A stretch of 47,244 bases of DNA from an uncultured bacterium (GTDB lineage: Bacteria; Fermentibacterota; Fermentibacteria; Fermentibacterales; JCC-6): positions 1-47,244 of the forward strand of contig CAZXEF010000001.1 of the NCBI GenBank assembly GCA_964639605.1, written 5' to 3'. Under the pieces are notes generated by a model. The model searched no databases. It was not told where the DNA came from and saw only the letters and a list, made by a program, of their open reading frames with translations. The translations under genes were made by a program, and so were the position numbers. Positions 1 to 7,998 of this stretch are shown here, piece by piece; position 1 is the first letter of the stretch; each line of letters begins with the position of its first letter.

Positions 1-306
1 AACGAGAAACCCAGCAAGCCCTATGATTTCAGGGTCGATAGGGGAACCCCTCTTGAAAATCCATATGTGATGCTGCGAGAAGCCCAGAGGAATTATGTAT
101 GTGATCAATACGAACAATTTTTCAACGATGTTATGCTGAACAGGAAAGCAGTGCAGGAATACCTTGAGCAGATTTTGCTGGCATACAGTGAATACGGGAT
201 GGTTAGGCTTTTCTGCTGGTGCATCCCATTGCGCTGCCACGCCGAGTCTATAGCCGCGTGGCTCAAGACCCAGATTGTGGAGGAAGTGCCCGGTGGGGTA
301 AAATGA
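1..306 (+). CDS. DUF4326-like protein, 5' end cut by window edge
   Basis: Frame 1 is open from nt 1 (NEKPSKPYDFRVDRGTPLENPY...) into ORF 67..306. 'RLFCWCIPLRCHAESIAAWL' resembles the CwC..CH signature I associate with DUF4326. Its stop overlaps the next start (ATGA at 303). Confidence 0.55.
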   Translation, partial: NEKPSKPYDFRVDRGTPLENPYVMLREAQRNYVCDQYEQFFNDVMLNRKAVQEYLEQILLAYSEYGMVRLFCWCIPLRCHAESIAAWLKTQIVEEVPGGVK

Positions 307-785
307 AAGAAGGAACGAGATCGGTATTATTCGGGTATCACAATCCGCTGATACATGGCCTAGCGGTTCTGATCGCGTGGCGCAGGGAGTATCATTCATG
401 GCCCAAATGGTGGGAATTGATATGCATTCTGCTGCACGACATAGGGATCTGGGGCAGGGATTACCTGAGCGACGATGAGGCCAAGAAGGGGCATGAGATG
501 GCTGGGGCTAGGCTGGCACTGGCCATAACGAGAAATGAGAGGGCCTATGTTTTGTGTTACACTCATGTCACATCGAATATTAGAAAGGGGAGATTATGGT
601 TGCCCGACAAGAAATCTTGGCTTATGCTGCCGAATTGGGTATGGTGGATATGCTGGTGGGTGGAACGCGGAAGGAAAATGGGACTGCAGACCCCGCCAGT
701 ATGGAAGAGGATAGTGGCAGATAACCTAGCAAAGAAGGAATATAGAGGGAGCCACCAACTATATATCGACCACAAGGGAGGATGA
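303..785 (+). CDS. HD-domain phosphohydrolase (candidate DatZ-like dATPase)
   Basis: ATG at 303 overlaps the upstream stop. The protein has an H...HD...D arrangement (NPLIH, 'ILLHDIG', later LPDK) and is about 160 aa. The DatZ idea rests only on the HD fold, the size and linkage to the PurZ-like gene. Confidence 0.5.
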   Translation: MKEGTRSVLFGYHNPLIHGLAVLIAWRREYHSWPKWWELICILLHDIGIWGRDYLSDDEAKKGHEMAGARLALAITRNERAYVLCYTHVTSNIRKGRLWLPDKKSWLMLPNWVWWICWWVERGRKMGLQTPPVWKRIVADNLAKKEYRGSHQLYIDHKGG

Positions 786-786
786 C

Positions 787-1047
787 ATGTTTACCAAGAA
801 CGAAAATGGAAAGTGGGTCCCCACTGGGAAAGATGTTATGTTCCCATGGGAAGTTCCCCCACTGGATGGGTGGTATATCGTCTGTCTCAACCATTACGTC
901 AGGGATGGGAATAAGCGGATCTTTTGCGCGATGAGCCGAAATGGAGTACTGATAGAGGCGAGGGGGGACGACACCAAATCCGTGTTCTGGCGACTGGTCA
1001 ATCAGGCTGAAGTCTGGAATAAAGTGTGGAAGACCGGGAGGGAATAA
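787..1047 (+). CDS. hypothetical protein
   Basis: 86-aa ORF with a GGGAGGA RBS just upstream (aagggaggatgacATG), tightly packed in the operon. Confidence 0.6.
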   Translation: MFTKNENGKWVPTGKDVMFPWEVPPLDGWYIVCLNHYVRDGNKRIFCAMSRNGVLIEARGDDTKSVFWRLVNQAEVWNKVWKTGRE

Positions 1048-1049
1048 CT

Positions 1050-1289
1050 ATGTTTAGTGGGCAAGATTTCCTTAACGTATATGACGAAGATTCTATCGTT
1101 GATAAGTACAAAGTGGAGGATTTCAGAAAGCACCCGAACGTCATGTGTCTGGTAGATACTACTAGCACAAGCGGGGAAGGGATGTGGATACTAGACCAGT
1201 GGAAGGAATTTTTGACAAACAAGGGAGTACCGTGGGTACACGTAGCGACCCGAACCAAAAATATGTTATGGAAGAGGTTATTAGCATGA
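1050..1289 (+). CDS. hypothetical protein
   Basis: ATG at 1050 lies 3 nt after the upstream stop and has a gggaggg RBS. I trimmed the start of ORF 1026..1289 to it. Confidence 0.55.
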   Translation: MFSGQDFLNVYDEDSIVDKYKVEDFRKHPNVMCLVDTTSTSGEGMWILDQWKEFLTNKGVPWVHVATRTKNMLWKRLLA

Positions 1290-1936
1290 GCAAGGACCTA
1301 TATGAGACACTGGGGGTAGACAGGAAAGCTACCAAGGAGACTATTAAGGCAGCATACCGAAAGCGCGCGATGGACACGCATCCCGACCGTGGCGGGTCAG
1401 AGGATGAATTTGCGCTAGTGTCGAAGGCATACCGGGTTCTGAGCGACCCGAGCATGAGGGGGAGATATGACAAAGGGGAGCCAGTTGATGGCACTATCAG
1501 CAGGGAGAGCTTCCTTGAGCAAGAGGCAATGAATGTCTTGTTAGCTACTCTCAATGCCCTGATGAGTCAGTTTATTTCTAATCCAGACAGGTTTGACATT
1601 ATCGGGCAGGCCAAGAACGATATAATCGAGAAAAGGAGGAGATGCATTGACGATTCTGGAAAGGTCAGCAGAGACCTATCGAAGATCAAAAAGGCTATCA
1701 GTAAAGTCAAATACACTGGCAGCAGGATAAATGCTGTGGAAGTGATGGTAAATCGAAAGCTGGAAGCAGCAGAGAAAGTCCTCAGTGACTTGAAGGATCA
1801 GGAAGAAATTTTATTGCTGGCAAGGGATATAATCAAGGACTACAAATGGATCGGCGAAGGAAATAACTCGCTGGATTCATTTCTCGGGGCTGCAACATCC
1901 TCGGCTTGGAACGACTTTGCGGATGGAAGATGGTAG
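1286..1936 (+). CDS. J-domain (DnaJ-like) co-chaperone protein
   Basis: 'DLYETLGVDRKATKETIKAAYRKRAMDTHPDRGG..FALVSKAYRVLSDPSMRGRYD' is a canonical J domain with an HPD motif. The start ATG at 1286 overlaps the upstream stop. Confidence 0.85.
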   Translation: MSKDLYETLGVDRKATKETIKAAYRKRAMDTHPDRGGSEDEFALVSKAYRVLSDPSMRGRYDKGEPVDGTISRESFLEQEAMNVLLATLNALMSQFISNPDRFDIIGQAKNDIIEKRRRCIDDSGKVSRDLSKIKKAISKVKYTGSRINAVEVMVNRKLEAAEKVLSDLKDQEEILLLARDIIKDYKWIGEGNNSLDSFLGAATSSAWNDFADGRW

Positions 1937-4545
1937 GAAGGCCGTTAAATAAGAACTGCACTTTATGCAGGCTTAGCGAGACCAGAAACCTCGTGGTTGG
2001 GGGGCAAGGCCCTAAGAAATGTGCCATAATGATGATAGCCGAGGCCCCCGGCGAGTTTGAGGATAGACACGGGACCCCGTTCCATCCTTCGGCGGCGGGC
2101 GGGGCAGAACTTGATCACATCCTCAACATAAATTCTTGTCCGCGCGAGAATGTCTATCTCACGAATAGTATTAAATGCAGGCCTCCCGGAAACAGGAATC
2201 CGCGCAAGGACGAGATTGATGCTTGCTCAGCCTATCTGGACTATGAGATAGATAGAGTTGACCCGCAAATAATAGCCACTATCGGAGGTTTCAGCACGAG
2301 GCGGGTACTGGGCGACGTGGACATGGAGACTGTGCACGGCATTCCCTTCCAGAAAAATGGAAGAATAGTAGTTCCGCTATATCATGTGGCTGCAGGATTG
2401 CGCGACAACAAGACCATGCTCAACGTATATGCAGATTTTAAGAGTCTGTTCGGAATAATACGGCAGGAGCGCCCATCTCGGCATATAGAAGATCCGTTTG
2501 CGGGCAAGGAGAGATACATCCGATGCCGGACTGCGGGAGACGTGCTGAGCGCAGTGGGCAATAGGAGTACTATAGCGGTGGATGTTGAGTGGAATACCAA
2601 CAACAATGAGCTATGGTGTATAACTTTCTCTGTCGAGCCGGGAACTTCCAACATGATAATGAGGGAGGATACCGAGGCGATATGGGCGCTGGACATGTTC
2701 GTTTCTAGCCCCAATATTGTGTCCATTATACACAATACATTGTCAGACTTGGGGATACTGGAGTCTGTGGGGATTCATCCGGCGCGCCCCTTCGACACGA
2801 TGATAGTGGCGTACCTTCTGCAGAATGAGCCTCAGGGATTGAAACCCCTAGCTTTCAGGCACTGCGGAATGAAGATGGGATCGTATGCAGAAGCGGTCGC
2901 CCCGGCTACGTATTTCAAAGCAATAGACTACTTGCATAAGGTGGTAGAGCGGAAATGGCCCAAGCCGGACCCGGTTCTGGAGTTTGTTCAGGGGGTGCCA
3001 AAGAAGCGCCAGCCGCAGGATATAGGGCGCAAGACCAGTGGCATTCTGCGCGATATGGTTTCGCCCAAGAAAGGAGATATAGACCCTCGCAAGCGCTGGC
3101 TCAATTTCGATCCACGCGAGAGAAAGATGGTTGAGGATGAGCTGGGGGTGATGGAGGAAGGATTTCTCGGGGATATAGACCCGGAAGAGGCCAAAACTTA
3201 CGCCTGTTCCGATGCTGACGCTACTATCAGGATATACCCTATAATGAAGAGACGGATAGAAGCGGAGGAGATGGTCGGCACTTTCGAGCGCGACATGCGG
3301 GCTGTGCCCATGGTAGCGGACATGATGAAGTATGGAATCCTCACTAACCCGCAGCATTTTGTAGAGTTTGGCGCCTATCTGCAGTCCAAGGAAGACGAAC
3401 TGCAGTCTAGAATCAGCGCAGAGGCGGGATGGGATGTGAATCCGGGATCGCCCCTGCAGATGCAGAAACTGCTGTACGACCAACTGGATTTGCCGAGATA
3501 TAAGAAGACGGATACTGGCTGGAGCACGGACGAGAAAGTATTGGCGCGTCTGGCGGATAAGCACCCAATCGTGCAGATGGTTAGGGATTATCGATCCTAT
3601 AACAAGCTGAGAACCAGTTATGCCGAGGTTATACCCAAGGTAGTGGACAAGCACAACCGAGTTAGGTCCAATCTTCGCGTGACGCGGACGGATACAGGAC
3701 GATTGTCGTCCGGGGAACCAGTGAACTTGATGGCTCAGCCTGTCCGAAGCGAAGAGGGATTAAAGATAAAGCGCGGGTATATTGCATCGCCGGGGTGCCA
3801 CTTGGTGGAAATTGATTACAGTCAGGCAGACATGAGGTGCTGCGCTCACGGCAGCGGGGATGAAAGGATGCTTCATATCTTCAGGTCCGGACTGGATATC
3901 CATAGCCAGACCGCCTCGGCCATGTTCAAACTGCCGATTAATCAGCTTGACGAGATGAAACATCGATACCCGGCGAAAAGGGTCGGGTTCGGCGTGCTAA
4001 ACGACATCTCGGCCAAGGGATTGCAACGAGAGATGATAGTTGGCGGGGCAAAGGAGAAAGATTGGCCTCTGTGGCTGTGCCAAGACCTGATCAACAAGTG
4101 GTTTGAGACCTATTCCGGGGTAGCCCGGTTCGTTAACCGAACCCGCGCAGAGGCCCGTCGGTACGGTTATGTGACCGATATGTGGGGAAGAAGAAGGTAT
4201 ATTCCCGGCATACGATCTTCTAGCAGGAGTGCTGTAGCAGAGGCCGAGCGCCAAGCCACCAATGCCCCATTCCAGATGGGGACCGCCGGGATAACAAAGG
4301 AAGCTATGGGCCGACTCGTCCCGGTGTATAGAGGGTATATAGATGATGGATATGTCTGCTACCCACTAATCCAAGTACATGACTCGCTGCTATTTGAAAT
4401 TCAGGACGAGATACTGGATGAAGTGGTGCCGAGATTTATGGAGATAATGGAAGGAGTAGCCCCGTTTATGAAAGTTCCACTAAAGGTAGATGCTAAGATA
4501 GGACTAAATTGGGGGGAGACAGAAAAATGGAAATACGGAGGTTAA
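1930..4545 (+). CDS. Family-4 uracil-DNA glycosylase domain fused to family A DNA polymerase with 3'-5' exonuclease
   Basis: N-terminus: CxxC, 'AEAPGEFEDRHGTPF', 'KCRPPGNRNPRKDEIDAC' and 'YHVAAGLR', which are the UDG4 Fe-S type motifs. Exonuclease motifs: 'VDVEW', 'HNTLSDL', 'YACSDAD'. Polymerase motifs: A 'EIDYSQADMR', B 'RYPAKRVGFG', C 'QVHDS'. The start is taken at ATG 1930, overlapping the J-domain gene stop by 7 nt. Confidence 0.9.
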   Translation: MVGRPLNKNCTLCRLSETRNLVVGGQGPKKCAIMMIAEAPGEFEDRHGTPFHPSAAGGAELDHILNINSCPRENVYLTNSIKCRPPGNRNPRKDEIDACSAYLDYEIDRVDPQIIATIGGFSTRRVLGDVDMETVHGIPFQKNGRIVVPLYHVAAGLRDNKTMLNVYADFKSLFGIIRQERPSRHIEDPFAGKERYIRCRTAGDVLSAVGNRSTIAVDVEWNTNNNELWCITFSVEPGTSNMIMREDTEAIWALDMFVSSPNIVSIIHNTLSDLGILESVGIHPARPFDTMIVAYLLQNEPQGLKPLAFRHCGMKMGSYAEAVAPATYFKAIDYLHKVVERKWPKPDPVLEFVQGVPKKRQPQDIGRKTSGILRDMVSPKKGDIDPRKRWLNFDPRERKMVEDELGVMEEGFLGDIDPEEAKTYACSDADATIRIYPIMKRRIEAEEMVGTFERDMRAVPMVADMMKYGILTNPQHFVEFGAYLQSKEDELQSRISAEAGWDVNPGSPLQMQKLLYDQLDLPRYKKTDTGWSTDEKVLARLADKHPIVQMVRDYRSYNKLRTSYAEVIPKVVDKHNRVRSNLRVTRTDTGRLSSGEPVNLMAQPVRSEEGLKIKRGYIASPGCHLVEIDYSQADMRCCAHGSGDERMLHIFRSGLDIHSQTASAMFKLPINQLDEMKHRYPAKRVGFGVLNDISAKGLQREMIVGGAKEKDWPLWLCQDLINKWFETYSGVARFVNRTRAEARRYGYVTDMWGRRRYIPGIRSSSRSAVAEAERQATNAPFQMGTAGITKEAMGRLVPVYRGYIDDGYVCYPLIQVHDSLLFEIQDEILDEVVPRFMEIMEGVAPFMKVPLKVDAKIGLNWGETEKWKYGG

Positions 4546-4548
4546 TGC

Positions 4549-4746
4549 ATGGGATACACATTCACGTTTGGGAAGCACCGTGGAGAGGATATCGAGGATG
4601 TTCCCACTAGTTATCTTCAGTGGGTATCGGAAAACTTTGACGACAACGAGGATAACGAAGCTTTGCTGGAGGAGGTTGACGAGGAGATTGATCGCAGGGT
4701 AAGATGTGGTCTGGAACGAGACGAGAGACCGTGGTGGGAGAGATGA
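4549..4746 (+). CDS. small DUF3820-like protein
   Basis: 'FTFGKHRGEDIEDVPTSYLQWV' resembles the F-GKH+G..l.dvp..Yl.W motif. There is a GGAGG RBS. Confidence 0.55.
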   Translation: MGYTFTFGKHRGEDIEDVPTSYLQWVSENFDDNEDNEALLEEVDEEIDRRVRCGLERDERPWWER

Positions 4747-4747
4747 A

Positions 4748-4999
4748 ATGAAAATAAAATTTATAGAGAAGGTTATACAGAACCAAAATAGGCCGGGACG
4801 TTCCCCTTGGGAAAGCAAGGAGATGACGCCAAAGCAATTTGACTTTTTACTGGGCGAAGTACCTGTTGAACTGTTGGAGAAACTAGACAGGGGAGGGGCG
4901 TCGATATTGATAGGAGATATAATAGCGGCTAGGCAAGAGGCGTATGCCTATTCGTTCCCGGACATAGGCGAGAACTTTCTAGACGATGGTAGCATATGA
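4748..4999 (+). CDS. hypothetical protein
   Basis: ATG at 4748 is 1 nt after the upstream stop. I trimmed the start of ORF 4706..4999 to it. Confidence 0.55.
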   Translation: MKIKFIEKVIQNQNRPGRSPWESKEMTPKQFDFLLGEVPVELLEKLDRGGASILIGDIIAARQEAYAYSFPDIGENFLDDGSI

Positions 5000-5295
5000 G
5001 CAGAACTGGAGCAGACAAACTTGAGATGTATAGAGGGCACTTCGACGAGCTTAAGGCTAGATTCAAAAAGCTGGACGGAGCGCTGGACGTGTACTTCCGT
5101 ATTTGTCCCTCAGACATAAGCATGTTTCTGTATTTGAAGAATGCCGAGCTTAGGGAGAAATTTGAAAATATGGAGGTGGATCAGAGGGTTGACACTGGGT
5201 CCAAACGCAAAAGGAGGCCCGAGTTTGGCGAAGGGACTACTGACATAAAGGACACTCCGTTCAGCGTTTTGGGGGAGGAGGAAGATGAAAAATAG
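4996..5295 (+). CDS. hypothetical protein
   Basis: ATGA start/stop overlap at 4996. 99-aa charged protein. Confidence 0.55.
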   Translation: MSRTGADKLEMYRGHFDELKARFKKLDGALDVYFRICPSDISMFLYLKNAELREKFENMEVDQRVDTGSKRKRRPEFGEGTTDIKDTPFSVLGEEEDEK

Positions 5296-5467
5296 CGCCG
5301 ATATGCACACTGTGTCTGACGCTTTCGAGATAGGGGAAGAATTGGAGTTGAAGGGTAAGGTTTTTGTGCTGCATGCTATACGCAAAAAACAAATAGTATT
5401 GAAACTAGCCCCATTACATAGACAACCAAACAACAAGGAGGAGCATTTTGAGGATAGGCAAATTTAA
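5285..5467 (+). CDS. hypothetical protein
   Basis: 60-aa ORF with a GGGGAGGAGGA RBS. Confidence 0.45.
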   Translation: MKNSADMHTVSDAFEIGEELELKGKVFVLHAIRKKQIVLKLAPLHRQPNNKEEHFEDRQI

Positions 5468-7004
5468 CATAGTCTGTGGTGCTCAGGCAGGCTCAGAGGC
5501 AAAGGGAAAATTCGCTGCGTTCTTGGCGGAGAAATACAGTAAAGAAATTCAGGCTATTGTCATGGCGGGATCTCCGAACGCGGGTCATACTGTGGTGGTG
5601 GACGGAAAGAAAACAGTTACATACCACCTTCCGGTCAGCGCAGTCGGATGCGACGCCCCGATATACTTGGGTCCTTCATCGCTAATTAACGCCGGGCTTC
5701 TCAGGAAGGAAATAGTAGACACCGGGATAGACCTAGAGAGAATAACCATAGACCCGAGAGCCGCAGTAATAACCGATGTACTGATCCGAGATGAGGAGCG
5801 GGCCGGTTTGTCGGATATAGGGTCCACGCTTCAGGGGATCGGCTCGACGCGGATTCTGAAGATGAAGAGAGATGGAACTATAACGCTGGCGCGTGACTGC
5901 GAAGAGCTTATCGATATGGGAGTGGTATCAGTAGAGCCAGTATCATTCTTCATCAATGATCTCCTAGATTCCAGAGAGACCGTGTTGTGCGAGATGACGC
6001 AGGGATTCGACCTAGACCTAGAGCACGGCATCGATCCAAGATATTGCTTTGCTAGAGGAACTAGGATACTTTTGGAAAATGGTAACTCAGTTCCAATAGA
6101 GGAGCTAGTTAGAGATAGAATACCCGCATCGGTCCTGTCCTACAACAGTACCACAGGTTTGCTTGAACCCAAAAAAGTGATAAACTGGTATAAAACTCCA
6201 CACGGGGGTGACTGGTATAGAGTTCACACAGATCTAGCCGTTGGGGATAAATCAGCTCCTAAGTGCACGGGGGGTCACAAGTATTATACCCAAAGGGGAA
6301 AAGTTGAGGCAAAAGATCTGATGGTAGGCGATCTATTGTACACAAACGAATATAGTTTAGAGGGGACCAACTGCCTTGCTACAGTGCGATGTACCGGAGT
6401 TGAAAAGCTGGCTCGCCTAGTATACGGCGTAAAATACAATATAGAGGTTGAGGATAATCATAACTACTTTGCGGGAAATCAGTTTGGGTACACTCTTGTT
6501 GGTAACTGTACAAGCAAGATGATCAATCCAGCCATGGCTATGGCCGAGGCCGGGGTCTCGCCCAAAATGGTGGGACACATCTATGGTGTGCTTAGGCCGT
6601 ACCCGATCCGGGTCAATAACCGGACTGGAAGCAGCGGGCCATATGCTGACGCAATCGAGCTGAAGTGGGAGAACGTGGCGAAGGGCTGCGGGCACCCCGA
6701 CCCGGACAATTTCGGTGAGATAACGACCACAACGAAACTGCCGAGGCGGGTATTCTCCTTCTCGTGGGAGAGATATGCTCATTTTATTCGGGTAGCGCGC
6801 CCAGACTTACTGTGTATGCAGTTCGCGAACTACCTGAATTGGGATGATTGCGGGAAGACCAACTGGTTCGATATGTCTGGGGCAGTCAGGGCTTTCGTAG
6901 AGACGCTGGAGAAACACGGCGGATGGGCGAGAGTGGCTTATGTCGGGACAGGGCCAGAGCACAAAGAGATGATTGATATGCGAGTGGACAGGGCAATTCT
7001 CTAA
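5448..7004 (+). CDS. purZ: Adenylosuccinate-synthetase family enzyme, PurZ-like, interrupted by an intein
   Basis: TTG start with an AAGGAGGAG RBS. The P-loop reads 'GAQAGSEAKGK' versus GDEGKGK in PurA, so Ser replaces the catalytic Asp. 'SPNAGHT' matches NAGHT, and 'QGFDLDLEHGIDPRY|..|CTSK' matches QG..LD.DHGTYPYVTS. The spliced length is about 364 aa. The family call is strong (~0.9). The PurZ versus PurA call is inference (~0.6). Confidence 0.65.
   Translation: MRIGKFNIVCGAQAGSEAKGKFAAFLAEKYSKEIQAIVMAGSPNAGHTVVVDGKKTVTYHLPVSAVGCDAPIYLGPSSLINAGLLRKEIVDTGIDLERITIDPRAAVITDVLIRDEERAGLSDIGSTLQGIGSTRILKMKRDGTITLARDCEELIDMGVVSVEPVSFFINDLLDSRETVLCEMTQGFDLDLEHGIDPRYCFARGTRILLENGNSVPIEELVRDRIPASVLSYNSTTGLLEPKKVINWYKTPHGGDWYRVHTDLAVGDKSAPKCTGGHKYYTQRGKVEAKDLMVGDLLYTNEYSLEGTNCLATVRCTGVEKLARLVYGVKYNIEVEDNHNYFAGNQFGYTLVGNCTSKMINPAMAMAEAGVSPKMVGHIYGVLRPYPIRVNNRTGSSGPYADAIELKWENVAKGCGHPDPDNFGEITTTTKLPRRVFSFSWERYAHFIRVARPDLLCMQFANYLNWDDCGKTNWFDMSGAVRAFVETLEKHGGWARVAYVGTGPEHKEMIDMRVDRAIL
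6045..6506 (+). mobile_element. Class-1 mini-intein (154 aa, no homing endonuclease domain) inside the PurZ-like gene
   Basis: Block A is 'CFARGTRILLENGNSVPIEELV', block B 'CTGGHKYYT', block F 'YNIEVEDNHNYFAG', and block G 'TLVGN' followed by the +1 Cys. Removing it restores the conserved 'HGIDPRY-CTSKMINPA' core of the PurA family. Confidence 0.85.
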
Positions 7005-7010
7005 GGGGGA

Positions 7011-7039
7011 TTGGCAAGGAGCGCCCGACGTGGTATAAT
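7011..7039 (+). promoter_or_regulatory. sigma70-type promoter with extended -10
   Basis: TTGGCA (7011-7016), a 17-nt spacer, then TGgTATAAT (TATAAT at 7034-7039). It sits in the gap after the PurZ-like stop. Confidence 0.6.
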
Positions 7040-7145
7040 GAAATTTTGGTGGGGGGCGGTCCCCTGCCTTGCCTTGGGTGAAGGCAGCATTCCCGGACTG
7101 AGTGGCGGGAGTGCTGCCCAAATTATGACAATAGGGAGGAAACGA

Positions 7146-7928
7146 ATGGAGGATAAACTAGTAGCCGACCCCAGTAACATCGGCATGGGAGTAACTGTAT
7201 ACAATAGATATCTGTTTGCCGTTCCTGTCAAGGGGATAATAACTAATACAAACGATGCTCTAAGCTGTTATCAGGTAATTTTTTGGACAGATAATCCCGG
7301 AGGAAAGAATGTCAATAAGCACGATGGAGAATACTTCTTCGTCAGAGAATGTATTGTCGGCAGAGATCTCCGTGGAGCAGGGGCAACTGAGTATATAGAG
7401 AAAAGAATGAAGAAGCTGGTGGGTATATGGAAAGCCAAAGGGCTGAACGGACTACAAGCCGAGCGCTGGATTACAAAAGAACCTGATAAGACTAAGGAAG
7501 CAATGATGGTCAGGGTAGAGTGCGGAGCTTGTGGCTGGGCGATTGAGCGGCCAGTAGAGGAACACGCAAATCATCCGTTTATAGCATGCCCGTCCTGTGG
7601 GAACTCTGATATCAAGGAAACATTTCGTGCGGACAAAGAGTGGGATAGCCACGAACGGGACAGTCTTCAATCACTGCGTCCATACCGGTTCGATCTGATC
7701 GACCCCAAGGCTATGCTATGTCTGGCGGGTATCATGCACGACGGATTAAAGGACCATGAACCTGATGGCTGGCGGGAACTTCCGATAGAGGATCACCTCA
7801 ATCACGCCGTGGGCCACATAACAGCCTACCGGGCCGGGAACCGGGAGCTTGACCACTTGGGCAGGGCCTTTGCCCGGTTGATGATGGCTGTGGCCGAGGA
7901 GAAGGAAGATGGGACGGAAAATGGATAA
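7146..7928 (+). CDS. Two-domain protein: Zn-ribbon-containing N-domain plus DUF5664 / dATP-dGTP diphosphohydrolase-like (MazZ-like) C-domain
   Basis: ATG 7146 has an AGGGAGGA RBS. 'CGACGW..(21)..CPSCGN' looks like a zinc ribbon. The C-terminus 'RPYRFDLIDPKAMLCLAGIMHDGLKDHEPDGWRELP..HLNHAVGHITAYRAGN..LDHLGRAFARLMM' fits the PR(F/W)DLIP...A..RH..A...G...HL pattern I recall for that family. Confidence 0.55.
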   Translation: MEDKLVADPSNIGMGVTVYNRYLFAVPVKGIITNTNDALSCYQVIFWTDNPGGKNVNKHDGEYFFVRECIVGRDLRGAGATEYIEKRMKKLVGIWKAKGLNGLQAERWITKEPDKTKEAMMVRVECGACGWAIERPVEEHANHPFIACPSCGNSDIKETFRADKEWDSHERDSLQSLRPYRFDLIDPKAMLCLAGIMHDGLKDHEPDGWRELPIEDHLNHAVGHITAYRAGNRELDHLGRAFARLMMAVAEEKEDGTENG

Positions 7929-7998
7929 GGAAGAGCTGTTCTGGGTATCAGTCGCTATTGCGGCTATAATAGTCAGCGTGGTATTGCCCCGATGCTGA
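7921..7998 (+). CDS. possible 25-aa membrane peptide
   Basis: MDKEELFWVSVAIAAIIVSVVLPRC. Its ATG overlaps the upstream stop region and it has a single hydrophobic helix. It is below the ORF-track size cut-off. Confidence 0.3.
   Translation: MDKEELFWVSVAIAAIIVSVVLPRC

Noticed and set aside
219-302. The upstream extension of the HD-protein ORF (219..785).
   Set aside because: It overlaps the DUF4326-like gene in another frame. The ATG at 303 forms the typical ATGA stop/start overlap.
5448-7004. Interpreting the gene as an ordinary purA auxiliary metabolic gene.
   Set aside because: This is not fully excluded. It is disfavoured by the Ser-for-Asp P-loop, the short spliced length and the co-localised HD hydrolase, MazZ-like domain and PolA. 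It needs phylogeny or DNA chemistry to settle.
7011-7145. The long form of ORF 7011..7928, starting at 7011.
   Set aside because: The first 45 codons cover the TTGGCA/TATAAT promoter and the structured leader. The ATG at 7146 has an AGGGAGGA RBS.
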